From: a virus
Lineage: Duplodnaviria; Caudoviricetes
DNA length: 61,623 bases
Virus record (IMG/VR): IMGVR_UViG_3300036795_000110
Span: 1-61,623 of that record
Direction: 5' to 3' (one strand)
Part shown: in pieces, positions 29,201 to 37,565 of the stretch
Layout: each line of letters starts with the position of its first letter
How positions within the stretch are numbered: the stretch's first letter is position 1
Notes under the pieces: generated by a model
What the model was told of the DNA's origin: nothing
Seen by the model: the letters and a program-made list of their open reading frames with translations, nothing else
Databases searched by the model: none
Translations under genes and position numbers: made by a program

Positions 29201-30119
29201 TCCACGCCCTGGCCGTGTAGGGCAGGTACATCAGCTGGTCGCCCCGGTACTGCTTGACCGGGTTCTCGCCGTCCATCTCCTTCACGTCGTCGCCGCGCAG
29301 GATCTCCATCAGGTCGCTGCGCGGTACTCCGTAAAGGTACTGCTGGTACCCGGGCGACGGCGGGCTGACCCGGCCGCCCCGCACGTTCACCAGGGGCCGG
29401 ATCGTGTTACCGGAGATCAGCTCCAGCGCGGCCACGCTGCTACCGAACGGTCCCTTGCCCGCCAGCTTGGTCGGGTGAAGGTACAGGCTCAGGGCGTCGA
29501 CCGACAGCATCTCCTCGATCACCGCGTCGATGTACGATCCGAACTTGATGTAGTCGGGGTCGGGCTTGCGGAAGAACTTTACCGCGATGGCCTTTCGCTC
29601 CGCGAACTCCTTGTGGGCCTTCTTGTCGCCGCGCATGGCACGCTCGGCCTCGGCCGTGGGCATGATGTCCCACTCCAGGCCGCGGATCTCGGACTTGCGC
29701 ACCTGCAGGGCAGCTCGGGCCACCGAGTACAGGTCGGCGTACATCCGCAAGGTGCCGAAGGAGGCCAGCTTGAACCCCTCGGACCCGGGCACACCGATTG
29801 GCATGTTCCAGCCCACCGGCATCTCCCGCTGGCGGGGGCCGGGCCGCTCCAGGTCGCCATCGGGGACGTTCACCGCGGTGGTCTGGATCGGGCTTAGCGG
29901 GGTGAACGTCCCGGCCAGGAACTCCATCGGATCGCGGGGCAGCGCCTGGCCCGTGCTGTGCCCATAGATCGTCTCCTGGTACTGGGCCACCAGGGGCGAG
30001 ATGTCCTTGCGGACCTCGTGCCGGCGCTTGGCCCGGTTGATTGCCCTAACTACGCGTGCCGGGTCAGTGGCCAATGCCGTTGTCCTTAATGGTCTGGACG
30101 ATCCGGTCGTGGTGGGCAT
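26277..30119 (-). CDS. Portal protein with a long C-terminal extension ending in an ADP-ribosyltransferase-like domain (start may be TTG 30074)
   Basis: Portal core of about 530 aa (PYGFPPIE, FFDEGTIP, FDVMPMELG, SIDECR), a Pro-rich linker, a hydrophobic helix, a tag at 26988..27020, then LYRG / LSWS / DDEYV. Confidence 0.88.
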   Translation of the reverse strand: MPTTTGSSRPLRTTALATDPARVVRAINRAKRRHEVRKDISPLVAQYQETIYGHSTGQALPRDPMEFLAGTFTPLSPIQTTAVNVPDGDLERPGPRQREMPVGWNMPIGVPGSEGFKLASFGTLRMYADLYSVARAALQVRKSEIRGLEWDIMPTAEAERAMRGDKKAHKEFAERKAIAVKFFRKPDPDYIKFGSYIDAVIEEMLSVDALSLYLHPTKLAGKGPFGSSVAALELISGNTIRPLVNVRGGRVSPPSPGYQQYLYGVPRSDLMEILRGDDVKEMDGENPVKQYRGDQLMYLPYTARAWTPYGFPPIERSIIPVITGLRKQQFQMDFFDEGTIPGNYISPGEQLGWTPNQLEIWQNQQNALAGDPAWKHKSIALPPGSKVFPMRPVALADQFDEIVMTQVCMAFDVMPMELGVSPKVSTTQSPGAANQMAKASQSTNQRKSLKPTLAFLTDVFNVIIQEVWHQEDMRFVFEGLEEDEDENALVERLVQMVSFGFSSIDECRIALDKAPWGLPITSDPVFVSATAGMVPLGSIDPTSGRPMGTPPPQPIGAPPPPGGAPPAPGGPGSPPALPPGQKPPAGSPSPPGAAPKPPGAPPGQTPPPGGPPGAPPPHVGPAPGDKVGQSRQDAAEAHAGVQQQMHEDFAAGKPLEPPVRPPLTAGADEEHASSSSKAMLSELDALRRHLNKGRQLRTWETRYLPGLVMDHVGSLLKHLDPDDAAAVTREFVISAFGPPTITGQVEQVRKSGWEGELRDARGRWSKDPGAGTSDLGTGAAKPPTHMRTVATANNQARVYTDAQVQDLQKQINALRAELHAEKHKEAKAAAAIRLVSVAASIAMAFFTGGLSLVALGPLLLDKMPEVGRELAEYYQVRRQHTELPITPLKPGEKADDAAAAAVTGHLIRELMAAGVDPGLARHIATHVVQAAIAAMASGRQPWEPEFLPDDAVTGILHGQVAKVMSTSAPLNEQGGQQGLAPYDLEASGRPHRFAGGGYGACTFCDQPEGAQIHQVTKAGDAGPKARGTTTMVSKVGPKGYSHGWVHAGDPASRQIDYSGPVKQIAQKYRVPGQYTDASRRYAGLRERVSTDRAVTLWSSSYGDMLAVRHVMRNLRNGQHPYTDRPEGRIDRARFPDITNAKGDKVLFDQSDWDRELVGAASAMNELIDYDSTPQDHLYRGMSVDDTSIFKPGATFEHDALSWSGDPASAGRYARGEGVEGWQPRAHQVVMHGSGVPAVSLARYNHGPNSDDDEYVSRGKYKIASVRVEPDGTTHVEVVPA

Positions 30120-30381
30120 CGAGCTGCGCCTGGAGGTGCGGGCCGTGGTGCTTGTGCCACCAGGCAGCCAGGCGCCTACCTACGTGATCCCTAAAGTACC
30201 ACAGGAAGAACAGCGCCAGGCCGCCGTCCTCAAGCCAGGCGAACGTGTTGGACCAGGTCCCGCCCACCGGCCAGCCGAAGAACAGCCGGAACGTAGCGAA
30301 CTGGAAGCCCAGGGCGAACAATGCAGCCACGACCAGGATCAGGCCGAGGGCCAGCAGATCGTCCCTATGTTTCCGCGCCAT
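30064..30381 (-). CDS. Two-TM membrane protein, leaderless
   Basis: TACAAT 6 nt before the ATG; hydrophobic segments. Confidence 0.65.
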   Translation of the reverse strand: MARKHRDDLLALGLILVVAALFALGFQFATFRLFFGWPVGGTWSNTFAWLEDGGLALFFLWYFRDHVGRRLAAWWHKHHGPHLQAQLDAHHDRIVQTIKDNGIGH

Positions 30382-30820
30382 GATCGGATTGTACCGCCGC
30401 GCGCTGTCCCGCGTCCAGCGCATTCAGTAGGTGGCGCAGCCGCTCCGCGGTGTCGATCACGGGCGTGTTGCCCGGGTGGGCCTGGATCAGCGCCTGCAGC
30501 AGGTCGTCCAGCGTGGGGGGCGGGCCGTCGTCGCCCTGGTCCTCGAAGACCACCGCGTCCCAGTCCACGTCCTGGCTGGGCCAATATTCGACCTCGGCCA
30601 GCTTGCCCTGCGGGTGCCAGGCGATCCGCTTAACGCGGGGGCAGGACCGCGAATGGTGCCCGCCGCAGTGCATGCATGGCTGCTGCTCCTCCAGCGTGGT
30701 CAGTTCCTCGTCGGTGAGGGGGCGGCGCAGCTCGCGCTGGCGGTCGGCAGCCAGCCGGCCGAGACGGGTTAGCGCCTCGGCCGGGCTGGCGTTGCGGACG
30801 CCGGGAACGGGCTGGGTCAC
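30365..30820 (-). CDS. Zinc-knuckle-like protein
   Basis: CMHCGGHHSRSCP; GTG overlaps the upstream stop. Confidence 0.6.
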   Translation of the reverse strand: MTQPVPGVRNASPAEALTRLGRLAADRQRELRRPLTDEELTTLEEQQPCMHCGGHHSRSCPRVKRIAWHPQGKLAEVEYWPSQDVDWDAVVFEDQGDDGPPPTLDDLLQALIQAHPGNTPVIDTAERLRHLLNALDAGQRAAVQSDHGAET

Positions 30821-31086
30821 AGCACGCCCATCAGCCGCAGACTGACCGCGAAAATGGCCACGGCAAAGGCGCAGCCGCCCAGGGCCAGCAGGCCGATCCC
30901 CACGTTCATCAGCAGGCGGACGGCCGGGTGCAGGACGGGCCGGGGACGCTGGGCGGGCCAGACCGGCAGGGATGCGTACGGGCGCAGGCCCGGTTCGTCG
31001 GAGCCAAACTCCGGCCCGATCATCCAGGGGACGTTGTCGCTGAACCGCAGGGGGCGGACTGCCTCGGTACTCTCGTCGTTGTGCAT
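30817..31086 (-). CDS. Small protein with a C-terminal TM helix
   Basis: LLMNVGIGLLALGGCAFAVAIFAV. Confidence 0.5.
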   Translation of the reverse strand: MHNDESTEAVRPLRFSDNVPWMIGPEFGSDEPGLRPYASLPVWPAQRPRPVLHPAVRLLMNVGIGLLALGGCAFAVAIFAVSLRLMGVL

Positions 31087-31360
31087 AGGGCAACTCTCGG
31101 ACTGGCAGGGGCGGAGGAGGGGGCGGGAAGCGCCCGCCCGTCTTCCCCGGACCCGCTGGCCACCGGGGGGGTGGCGACCAGAAGGCCCAGCGAGCGGACG
31201 CTCCCCGTGCGATGGGGGGACACCGGTAGTGTGGTCCAGCATGGCCCGGACCGACGCGCCAGGCGGTTTTAGACCTTCACGGCTAGCTCGTTTGGTACGC
31301 CAGGCGGCTCACACGGCCGGACGGGCCTTCGCTTCACCAGCGTTGTCCCCCCACCACTCC
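31087..31360 (-). ncRNA. Candidate structured RNA / long leader
   Basis: Gene-free stretch behind the operator at 31378; crossing complementary pairs 31181-31188/31323-31330 and 31213-31222/31344-31353. Confidence 0.35.
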
Positions 31361-31423
31361 GTATACAACCAGGCCCCTTGTCCCGGTGTCAAGGCCGGGC
31401 AAGGGGCCGGTGGGCTGGGACGG

Positions 31424-31708
31424 TTACGGCATCTCCGCCGAGATCCGGTAGCCGCGCTGCTCCAGGTCGATATAGCCCTGGCGCTCCAGCACCGCGATCT
31501 CGGCGGGCCGGAACTCCACGTTCCACACGAACTCCAGCGGCTCGACCTCGCGGCCCTCGCCCAGGACCACGTCCACGGCCTGCCGGGCGTCCTCGGTGCG
31601 GGTCACGTCGCGCCAGTTCGGACCGGCGCCGTCCGGGTTGGGGTGCGCCGTCGCGGACTCCGCGCGCCGCTCGATCATGACCTGGACGAACTGGTTGCCC
31701 TCTTGCAT
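31424..31708 (-). CDS. Hypothetical early protein
   Basis: Own promoter and GGAGGAGGCACAG RBS. Confidence 0.75.
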   Translation of the reverse strand: MQEGNQFVQVMIERRAESATAHPNPDGAGPNWRDVTRTEDARQAVDVVLGEGREVEPLEFVWNVEFRPAEIAVLERQGYIDLEQRGYRISAEMP

Positions 31709-31754
31709 TTCCCTGTGCCTCCTCCGGGCCGCGTCCCGGCCCTACGGTAGTTTC

Positions 31755-31780
31755 AACATTGCCACGGTGTCAACCATTCC
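31755..31780 (-). promoter_or_regulatory. GGAAT-N18-GTT (SigR/SigH-type) promoter with nested operator; overlapping TTGACA-N18-TACCGT
   Basis: GGAAT GGTTGACACCGTGGCAAT GTT. Confidence 0.7.
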
Positions 31781-31827
31781 CCGGGTACAGGGCGGCCCCC
31801 GCCGTGGTGGCGGGGGCCGCTGCCGGT

Positions 31828-32757
31828 TTAGCCCAGCTCGGGCCGCTGGGTCCGGCCGACCTCGGGAGAGGTGGAGCCGATGTCGGCCCGCTTGCCGTCG
31901 CTGTAGCCCTCTCCGTAGTAGGCGCCCTTGCGCTCGTAGATCTTGGGCGCGCGGCCCCGGCTGTACTTGGGGGGCTCGATCTCGCCCGCGTCCACCTTGC
32001 GCTGGTACTCCCGGGCCTCCTCGGCCCACCGGACCCGGTCCTCGACCGTGATGCCGTAGGCCAGGTCCATCGCGATCTCGACGGCCTTCGAGCGGTCCGC
32101 CAGCACCAGCTCCACCGAGGGGCCGGAGGTGCGGCCCTCCAGCAGCGCCACGTCCCGCTGGGCCTCGATCTCGGCTTCGCGCGCCTGGCGGGCCTCCCGC
32201 TCCGCCTTGGCCAGCCGGCCATAGATCGCGCTGGTGAAGCCCTCCAGGTACGACTGCCGGTGGGCCTTCTGGTCCTGGCCGAACCTCTGCTCGCCCTTGA
32301 TCTGGCTGGCGCCGGCCAGCGCCTGGTTGCGCAGGCTCACGTACAGCATCTTCACCCGGGCCAGGTCACTTTCGTAGGCGAACACCCGCAGACCGTAATC
32401 CCAGCCACCGCGCGGAACCCCGCCCTTGGCCTTGGGGCCGGACTGGGCGTTCCAGCGCTTGATGTACCGGACCTTGGCCCGCAGCGGGTAGGCGACGCTG
32501 GCCAGGAGCGTGGTCATCTCCTCCGCGAACGGCCGGTCGGTGATGATCCACTCGTCGACGATCGCGTCGCCCTGGGTGCCATCGGCCGCCAGCATCGCCC
32601 GGTCGATCCCGTACTGGGCGATCAGGTCGGCCGCGCGCTCGTTCAGCGCCTCGGCCTCGGGTGCGGAGTCGGTCGACTCGGCCTTGGCCAGCAGCTTGCG
32701 GACCAGCTCCAGCTTGCTGGCGGGAGCGCCCGCGGCCTCGATGATTGGCTCGGTCAT
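31828..32757 (-). CDS. DUF2786-domain protein
   Basis: LELVRKLLAKAEST...EAEALNERAADLIAQYGID N-terminus; RQSYLEGF...I.GRL; GYSDGKRADIG. Confidence 0.8.
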   Translation of the reverse strand: MTEPIIEAAGAPASKLELVRKLLAKAESTDSAPEAEALNERAADLIAQYGIDRAMLAADGTQGDAIVDEWIITDRPFAEEMTTLLASVAYPLRAKVRYIKRWNAQSGPKAKGGVPRGGWDYGLRVFAYESDLARVKMLYVSLRNQALAGASQIKGEQRFGQDQKAHRQSYLEGFTSAIYGRLAKAEREARQAREAEIEAQRDVALLEGRTSGPSVELVLADRSKAVEIAMDLAYGITVEDRVRWAEEAREYQRKVDAGEIEPPKYSRGRAPKIYERKGAYYGEGYSDGKRADIGSTSPEVGRTQRPELG

Positions 32758-32806
32758 TTCCTGTGCCTCCTGGGTGCCGGCCCCGGCGGGGCCGTTCGCA
32801 CGTTTC

Positions 32807-32832
32807 AACATTGACAAGGTGTCAACTATTCC
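32807..32832 (-). promoter_or_regulatory. GGAAT-N18-GTT promoter with nested operator
   Basis: GGAAT AGTTGACACCTTGTCAAT GTT. Confidence 0.7.
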
Positions 32833-33079
32833 CGAGGACGACCCCCCGCCGGCGGGAGAACTCGCGGACCCGGCTGACATTCCGCACGTGGGCCACGCCC
32901 TGGCTGTCCCGGTAGTACCCGGCCGTCCCGATTCCGAACTGGGACGTCCCGCCACCGACTATCTCGATCGGGACGGTAAACTGCCAGACCCGGTCGCCCA
33001 GCGGCTCTACGGTCCCACCTGCGGCCTCGACATCCGCGATCAGGCTGGTGATCAGTCCCGGGTGCTTGATTTCGCTCAT
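32822..33079 (-). CDS. Hypothetical early protein, probably leaderless
   Basis: ATG lies 9 nt after the GTT element; no SD sequence. Confidence 0.7.
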   Translation of the reverse strand: MSEIKHPGLITSLIADVEAAGGTVEPLGDRVWQFTVPIEIVGGGTSQFGIGTAGYYRDSQGVAHVRNVSRVREFSRRRGVVLGNS

Positions 33080-33088
33080 GTCGGTTTC

Positions 33089-33114
33089 AACATTGACAGG
33101 GGGTCAACTATTCC
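33089..33114 (-). promoter_or_regulatory. GGAAT-N18-GTT promoter with nested operator
   Basis: GGAAT AGTTGACCCCCTGTCAAT GTT. Confidence 0.7.
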
Positions 33115-33170
33115 GTAAACGCCGAGGCCCCCGGTCTCCCACGTGGGGAGCGGGGGCCTGTGCGGCGCGT

Positions 33171-33773
33171 TCACTTGATCCGGCGCTTGATCTGCTCCGC
33201 CAGCTTGGCCTGCAGCCGGGGCGAGTGCTCCAGCTCGGCCAGCGCGTCGTCCACATCGCCGCCGGCCACGACCTTGGCCAGTAGCTGCTTCACGTGCCGG
33301 GCGTCGTGACCCTGCCGGTAGACCTTGCCGCGTCCGACCGCCACGCCACAACCGTCGCGGCAGGTGGCCCTGGCGGTCTGGGTGTCGCTGCCCGAGGGCC
33401 GCTTGCTGGCCTTCGGCCGGGTCCCCACGGCGATCGCATCGCCGTCGCTGGAGTGCCGGACCTCCTCGAAGGTCTCGGTGCCCTCCTCGGTCACCGGGTC
33501 GACCTCGACGAACTCCTTGTCCGCCTGGCGCTCCACGGCCGGGACCGCCCAGAACCGGGTGGCTCCGCCGCGGGCCAGCTTCAGGCCGTCGCCGTAGGTG
33601 CCGATCCGCTCGCCGGTAAGGCTGGTGATCTCGATGCCGCCCCGGCCATCGGACTGGACCGAACTGCGGATGCCCTCCTTGGCCGGGAAGGTCCGGTCGT
33701 CGCCGTAGAACTGCACCTCCGCCGCGTGACCGTGAGTCTTCCAGGTGCCCCACTGCGGCTTGGTTCCGGTCAT
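33171..33773 (-). CDS. Early protein with a C-terminal Cys..QGHDAR motif
   Basis: TCRDGCGVAVGRGKVYRQGHDARHVKQL; RBS AGGAGGCACAG. Confidence 0.75.
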   Translation of the reverse strand: MTGTKPQWGTWKTHGHAAEVQFYGDDRTFPAKEGIRSSVQSDGRGGIEITSLTGERIGTYGDGLKLARGGATRFWAVPAVERQADKEFVEVDPVTEEGTETFEEVRHSSDGDAIAVGTRPKASKRPSGSDTQTARATCRDGCGVAVGRGKVYRQGHDARHVKQLLAKVVAGGDVDDALAELEHSPRLQAKLAEQIKRRIK

Positions 33774-33822
33774 GTCCTGTGCCTCCTGCTCGGGGGGCCG
33801 CTCCGGCCCCTGCGGACGTTTA

Positions 33823-33848
33823 AACATTGTCACGCCGTCAAGTATTCC
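33823..33848 (-). promoter_or_regulatory. GGAAT-N18-GTT promoter with nested operator
   Basis: GGAAT ACTTGACGGCGTGACAAT GTT. Confidence 0.7.
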
Positions 33849-34246
33849 CAAACCTCATCACACCGGTTGACCCGGTGTCAATCTCCGTGGTCCGCTGGCC
33901 GGGTGGACGAGCCGGAGCAACTGGAGCAGCTTATCGCACGGCAGCTTGCCGATATAAGGCTTGTACTGGACCGGATCGCGGTCCTGGTAGACTACCCGGA
34001 TTCCCCCGTCCGCCTCCGTGGTAGTCAATCCAGCCCACAAAGTGGCATAGCGCGGGTAGCGGGGAGCCGGGGCAACGACACGGGCGCGGTCCCGGCACCC
34101 GCACTTGACACGCGAGCAAACGGTGCCGTCCCGTGGATTGTGGCGGGGCTGGGCTGGCCCCCGGCGCCGGAGCTGAGTACCGGCCCCGCTGGGTAGGGGG
34201 GTCACACCGTGGCCTGGTCCCAAAGCGCTCTGGGTGCTCGACCGGA

Positions 34247-35797
34247 CTAGGCCGCGGCTGTGGCCATGACCCCAGGCTCGATCGGCTCCTGGCAGTGCGG
34301 GCACTGCGGCCGGTCCTTGAGCAGGATCGACATCCGGTCGCAGCGCGGGCAGGTATAGGACTGCCCGTACATCGAACTCCAGTCCATGTTGGCCGTTAGC
34401 TCGTGGATGCCCCAGACCAGGGCGTCCAGGCGGTCGGGCGATTCGCGGTCCAGCGGGGTCCAGGTGCACAGCTGGTCCTCCAGCTTGGGAAACGCTCCCA
34501 CGTGGTGGGCGCGGCCCTGCTCGTACATCGACGATGCCGGCTCCGCCCGGACCTGCTTGCCCCGGCTGGCGGTGACCTTGCGGTACGGGACGTTCTCGTC
34601 GTAGGTGCGGACCAGCTCCTCGATGAAGTCGCCGCCGTTGTTGGCCTCAGCGACCAGGCGGTCGGCCTCGAACTCGTAGTAAGCCCCGATCGCGCGCTTC
34701 ATGCCCTGGCCGGGCGTCATCCGGCCGGATAGGTCGGCCAGCACGTACACGTCGCCATCGGTGCCCAGGCCCACCACCATGATGCCGAACTCGGCCGAGG
34801 TGGACTTGCTCGTGGTGGCCGGGTCGACCGCGACGACGATCCGCCGCATGGGAACGTCGGGCAGCTCGATCTGGCCGTCCTCGCCCCGGGCCGCCACCAG
34901 CCGGTCCCGCTCCAGCCACGCGCGCTTCCACAGGGCGCCCTCGACATCCGCGATCAGCTCGCCCTCAAGTTCCTGGCGGCCGATCCGCGTCCCGCCGTAC
35001 CGGCGGTACAGCTCCTGCAGGGCGATGTCCGAAAGGTTCTGCTGGTTCTCCAGGGTCGAGCCCTGGGTTATGTGGACCGTCCCGTCAGTGCGCCCGGCCA
35101 GCTCCCGCAGCAGGGCCGTCCCACGCGGCGTCGTGGTCACCAGCATACGGGGACGTTCACCGATGCGCAGCGCGGGCATCAGGCCCTCGTGCCAGGTGGC
35201 CTCGTACCGCCACGAGCCCAGCTCGTCGGCCCACCCGCCCGACAGGTTCGAGCCGCGGACCCGGTCGGGGCGGTCGGCCGAGAAACCGTAGATGATCGAG
35301 CCGTTGGCCAGCTCCAGCTCCAGATCGTTCCGCCGGTAGTTGGCGATCTCCTCCTTGCGCAGGGCCTTGAGCAGGCCGCTCGACCCCTCAATGCAGATCC
35401 GCCGGGTGTCGGAGAACGTGGGGGCGATGCAGCACCAGGCCGACCCGGGGATGGCCAGGGCCTGCTCGGCCAGCCACGAGGCGCCCACCCACGTCTTGCC
35501 GAACCCGCGGCCCGACATCAGCAGCCAGACCAGCCAGTCCGTGTCGGGGACGGGCGGGCCGTCCTTGTGGCACTGGCAGGCCGACAGCTCCTGCACCTTG
35601 CCGTCGCGGCCGGTGATGGTCTGGGCGTAGCCGTGCCGGGGGTCGTCCGGCGGGAGCTGCTTGTACCGGGCGAACCGGCGCCACTCCCGCATCCGCTGCC
35701 GGGCGCGCTCCGCGGCCAGCTTGCGCCGCAGCGCCCGCTTCCGGGGGAGCGACCACGACTGCCAGCCCTCGGGCAGGATGAAGTCCGGTTGTGCCAT
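34247..35797 (-). CDS. terL: Terminase large subunit with a C-terminal zinc ribbon
   Basis: SGRGFGKT Walker A, GWADE Walker B, VTTTP, VAVDPA nuclease, SPDRLDALVW; leaderless after TATACT. Confidence 0.95.
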   Translation of the reverse strand: MAQPDFILPEGWQSWSLPRKRALRRKLAAERARQRMREWRRFARYKQLPPDDPRHGYAQTITGRDGKVQELSACQCHKDGPPVPDTDWLVWLLMSGRGFGKTWVGASWLAEQALAIPGSAWCCIAPTFSDTRRICIEGSSGLLKALRKEEIANYRRNDLELELANGSIIYGFSADRPDRVRGSNLSGGWADELGSWRYEATWHEGLMPALRIGERPRMLVTTTPRGTALLRELAGRTDGTVHITQGSTLENQQNLSDIALQELYRRYGGTRIGRQELEGELIADVEGALWKRAWLERDRLVAARGEDGQIELPDVPMRRIVVAVDPATTSKSTSAEFGIMVVGLGTDGDVYVLADLSGRMTPGQGMKRAIGAYYEFEADRLVAEANNGGDFIEELVRTYDENVPYRKVTASRGKQVRAEPASSMYEQGRAHHVGAFPKLEDQLCTWTPLDRESPDRLDALVWGIHELTANMDWSSMYGQSYTCPRCDRMSILLKDRPQCPHCQEPIEPGVMATAAA

Positions 35798-36121
35798 AAG
35801 GGTCAGTATAGGCGACAGCCCCGGCCGAGGGAAACTCGGCCGGGGCTGCCCGGTCCCGGTCAGGGGCTACGCGGCCCGCCGAAGCGGACTATAGCTTACG
35901 CGGTGCCACCCGCTGCCGCACTTGCTTACTTTCCCTGGCCGGCCTAGTCGATGTCCGTCGAGTGGATCTGCGTCCCATCGGACAGAACGAACACCATCTC
36001 ACACCGCCCGGAAAGGCGGACCTCGACGACATCGCCGGGGACGACGAACTCGTCGGCGGCCTCGATCGGGTCCGTCCACTGGCCGCCCTTCTCGGCCACG
36101 ACTACGACCTTGAGGCTCATC

Positions 36122-36604
36122 TCAGACCGCCCCGGCCTTGTCGGAGAACTGCCTGCGGATCTCGTCCGCGATCGGCCGGTCATCGCCGGTCAGGTGGCCC
36201 AGGATCGTGGTCAGCGAACTAGCCTTCAGGCGGATCGTGATCTGATCGTCGGGGACCAGCTCCAGGACGCCCTCGGCCTGGCCGGGGAACCATTCGATCC
36301 GGCCGTCGTCCATGGTCACCAGCGGACCCTCGCCGTCGATCAGGCACTCGTAGTCGTCCGAGACCAGGTTGCGGCCGGAATCGTGCGCTGCCTCCTTGTT
36401 GGCCTCGAACTGGGCGTGCGCCTTCTGGCCCCGGGCGTAGCCGGTCACCGTTCCCTCGTCGCCCTCGTTCAGGCCCCACGCGATCCGGACACGGGTGCCC
36501 GGCCGGGCGTAGCGGTCGGCCGCCAGCAGCTCGGCGGTCGGCGTGATCGGGATGTAAGTCGGGTTATCTCCCACGACTCGCTCCGTTCGATTGGGCGGCC
36601 CCAC
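36122..36604 (-). CDS. Hypothetical protein (start uncertain)
   Basis: Downstream of the operator/promoter at 36638. Confidence 0.6.
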   Translation of the reverse strand: MGPPNRTERVVGDNPTYIPITPTAELLAADRYARPGTRVRIAWGLNEGDEGTVTGYARGQKAHAQFEANKEAAHDSGRNLVSDDYECLIDGEGPLVTMDDGRIEWFPGQAEGVLELVPDDQITIRLKASSLTTILGHLTGDDRPIADEIRRQFSDKAGAV

Positions 36605-36707
36605 GGCGGGGCCGCACAGGACCAGTCAATCATGGGGTTGTCACCGTGTCAAGACATGAGGCGGCCCGGCCAGGGGAGGCGCCCGGCCGGGCCGCGGTCT
36701 GTGGGGG

Positions 36708-36962
36708 TTACTGGGTGTAGGCCAGCGTGGCGGACACCGGCCGGCTCCCGGTCCGCGCGGCGCCGATGAATATGGTGCCCGCCGGGTCGTCGGGGTCGGT
36801 CATCACGTCCACTTCCCAGCCGTACTCGCGCAGGGTGGCGGCCAGTGCCTCGCCCATCTGGGCGGGGGTGTCCAGCGGGCTGGCGGGCTCGATCTCGTCC
36901 GCCGTCCGGTGGGCCAGGTCGTTGGGCGGTAGCTGGGCGTGCGCCCGGGTGTCGTCGGTCAC
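36708..36962 (-). CDS. Hypothetical protein
   Basis: GGAAGGA RBS; downstream of the operator at 37026. Confidence 0.65.
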   Translation of the reverse strand: MTDDTRAHAQLPPNDLAHRTADEIEPASPLDTPAQMGEALAATLREYGWEVDVMTDPDDPAGTIFIGAARTGSRPVSATLAYTQ

Positions 36963-37040
36963 GGTCTGTTCCTTCCGCCGCGCGGCCCCGGAGCGGGACC
37001 GCTACAAGCCAGTAAACCAGTGGGGTTGTCACCGTGTCAA

Positions 37041-37481
37041 TCAGTGGGAGGCGTGGTTCACGGTCACGCTGATCGACTTGCCGTCGCGGTCGGCGGTGAG
37101 CATCACCCCCTCTGGATCGCTGGGGTGGGCGTGCCAGCCGATCGACCAGCCGTGGGCCTGCATCACCCGGGTCAGCACGATCGCCAGGTCCTTGGGGACG
37201 TCTACCGCGTGGTGCGGCTCGATAACCACGCTGCGGATGCCGCGATGGGCGGGCTCGGGGTCGGTCCGGGCCGCCCCCATCGTGGGGGCTCCGATCTGGT
37301 TCGCCTCCGGATCGTCGCTGGCCAGCCGGACCCCGGTTATGCCGGGCATCTGCCCGATCACGTTCATGTGCTCCGCGGCCAGCTCCTCGGTCGCGTAGGT
37401 CCGGCCGCCCTCGTGGGTGCCGTCTTCCTTGGTGTACTTCCACAGGACGGTACGCCTGGCCATCTCGGTCGGTTCGGTCAT
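37041..37481 (-). CDS. Hypothetical protein
   Basis: CAGGAG RBS; diverges from the operator at 37530. Confidence 0.7.
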   Translation of the reverse strand: MTEPTEMARRTVLWKYTKEDGTHEGGRTYATEELAAEHMNVIGQMPGITGVRLASDDPEANQIGAPTMGAARTDPEPAHRGIRSVVIEPHHAVDVPKDLAIVLTRVMQAHGWSIGWHAHPSDPEGVMLTADRDGKSISVTVNHASH

Positions 37482-37565
37482 GTGCTCTCCTGGGTTGCCT
37501 CTGGTAGTTGGGCCAGGCTATCACCGGCCTTGACACCGTGGCAACTGCGTGATTGGCTTGTTACT

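Noticed and set aside
22333-30119. Inteins explaining the oversized portal and MuF
   Set aside because: I saw no Cys/Ser-start...His-Asn-end splice motifs or LAGLIDADG blocks; the extra sequence is C-terminal cargo.
31250-31310. Group II intron domain V or tRNA-like fold
   Set aside because: Only a superficial GAGCCG / GUGA-loop resemblance; there is no proper stem, no RT gene and no cloverleaf.
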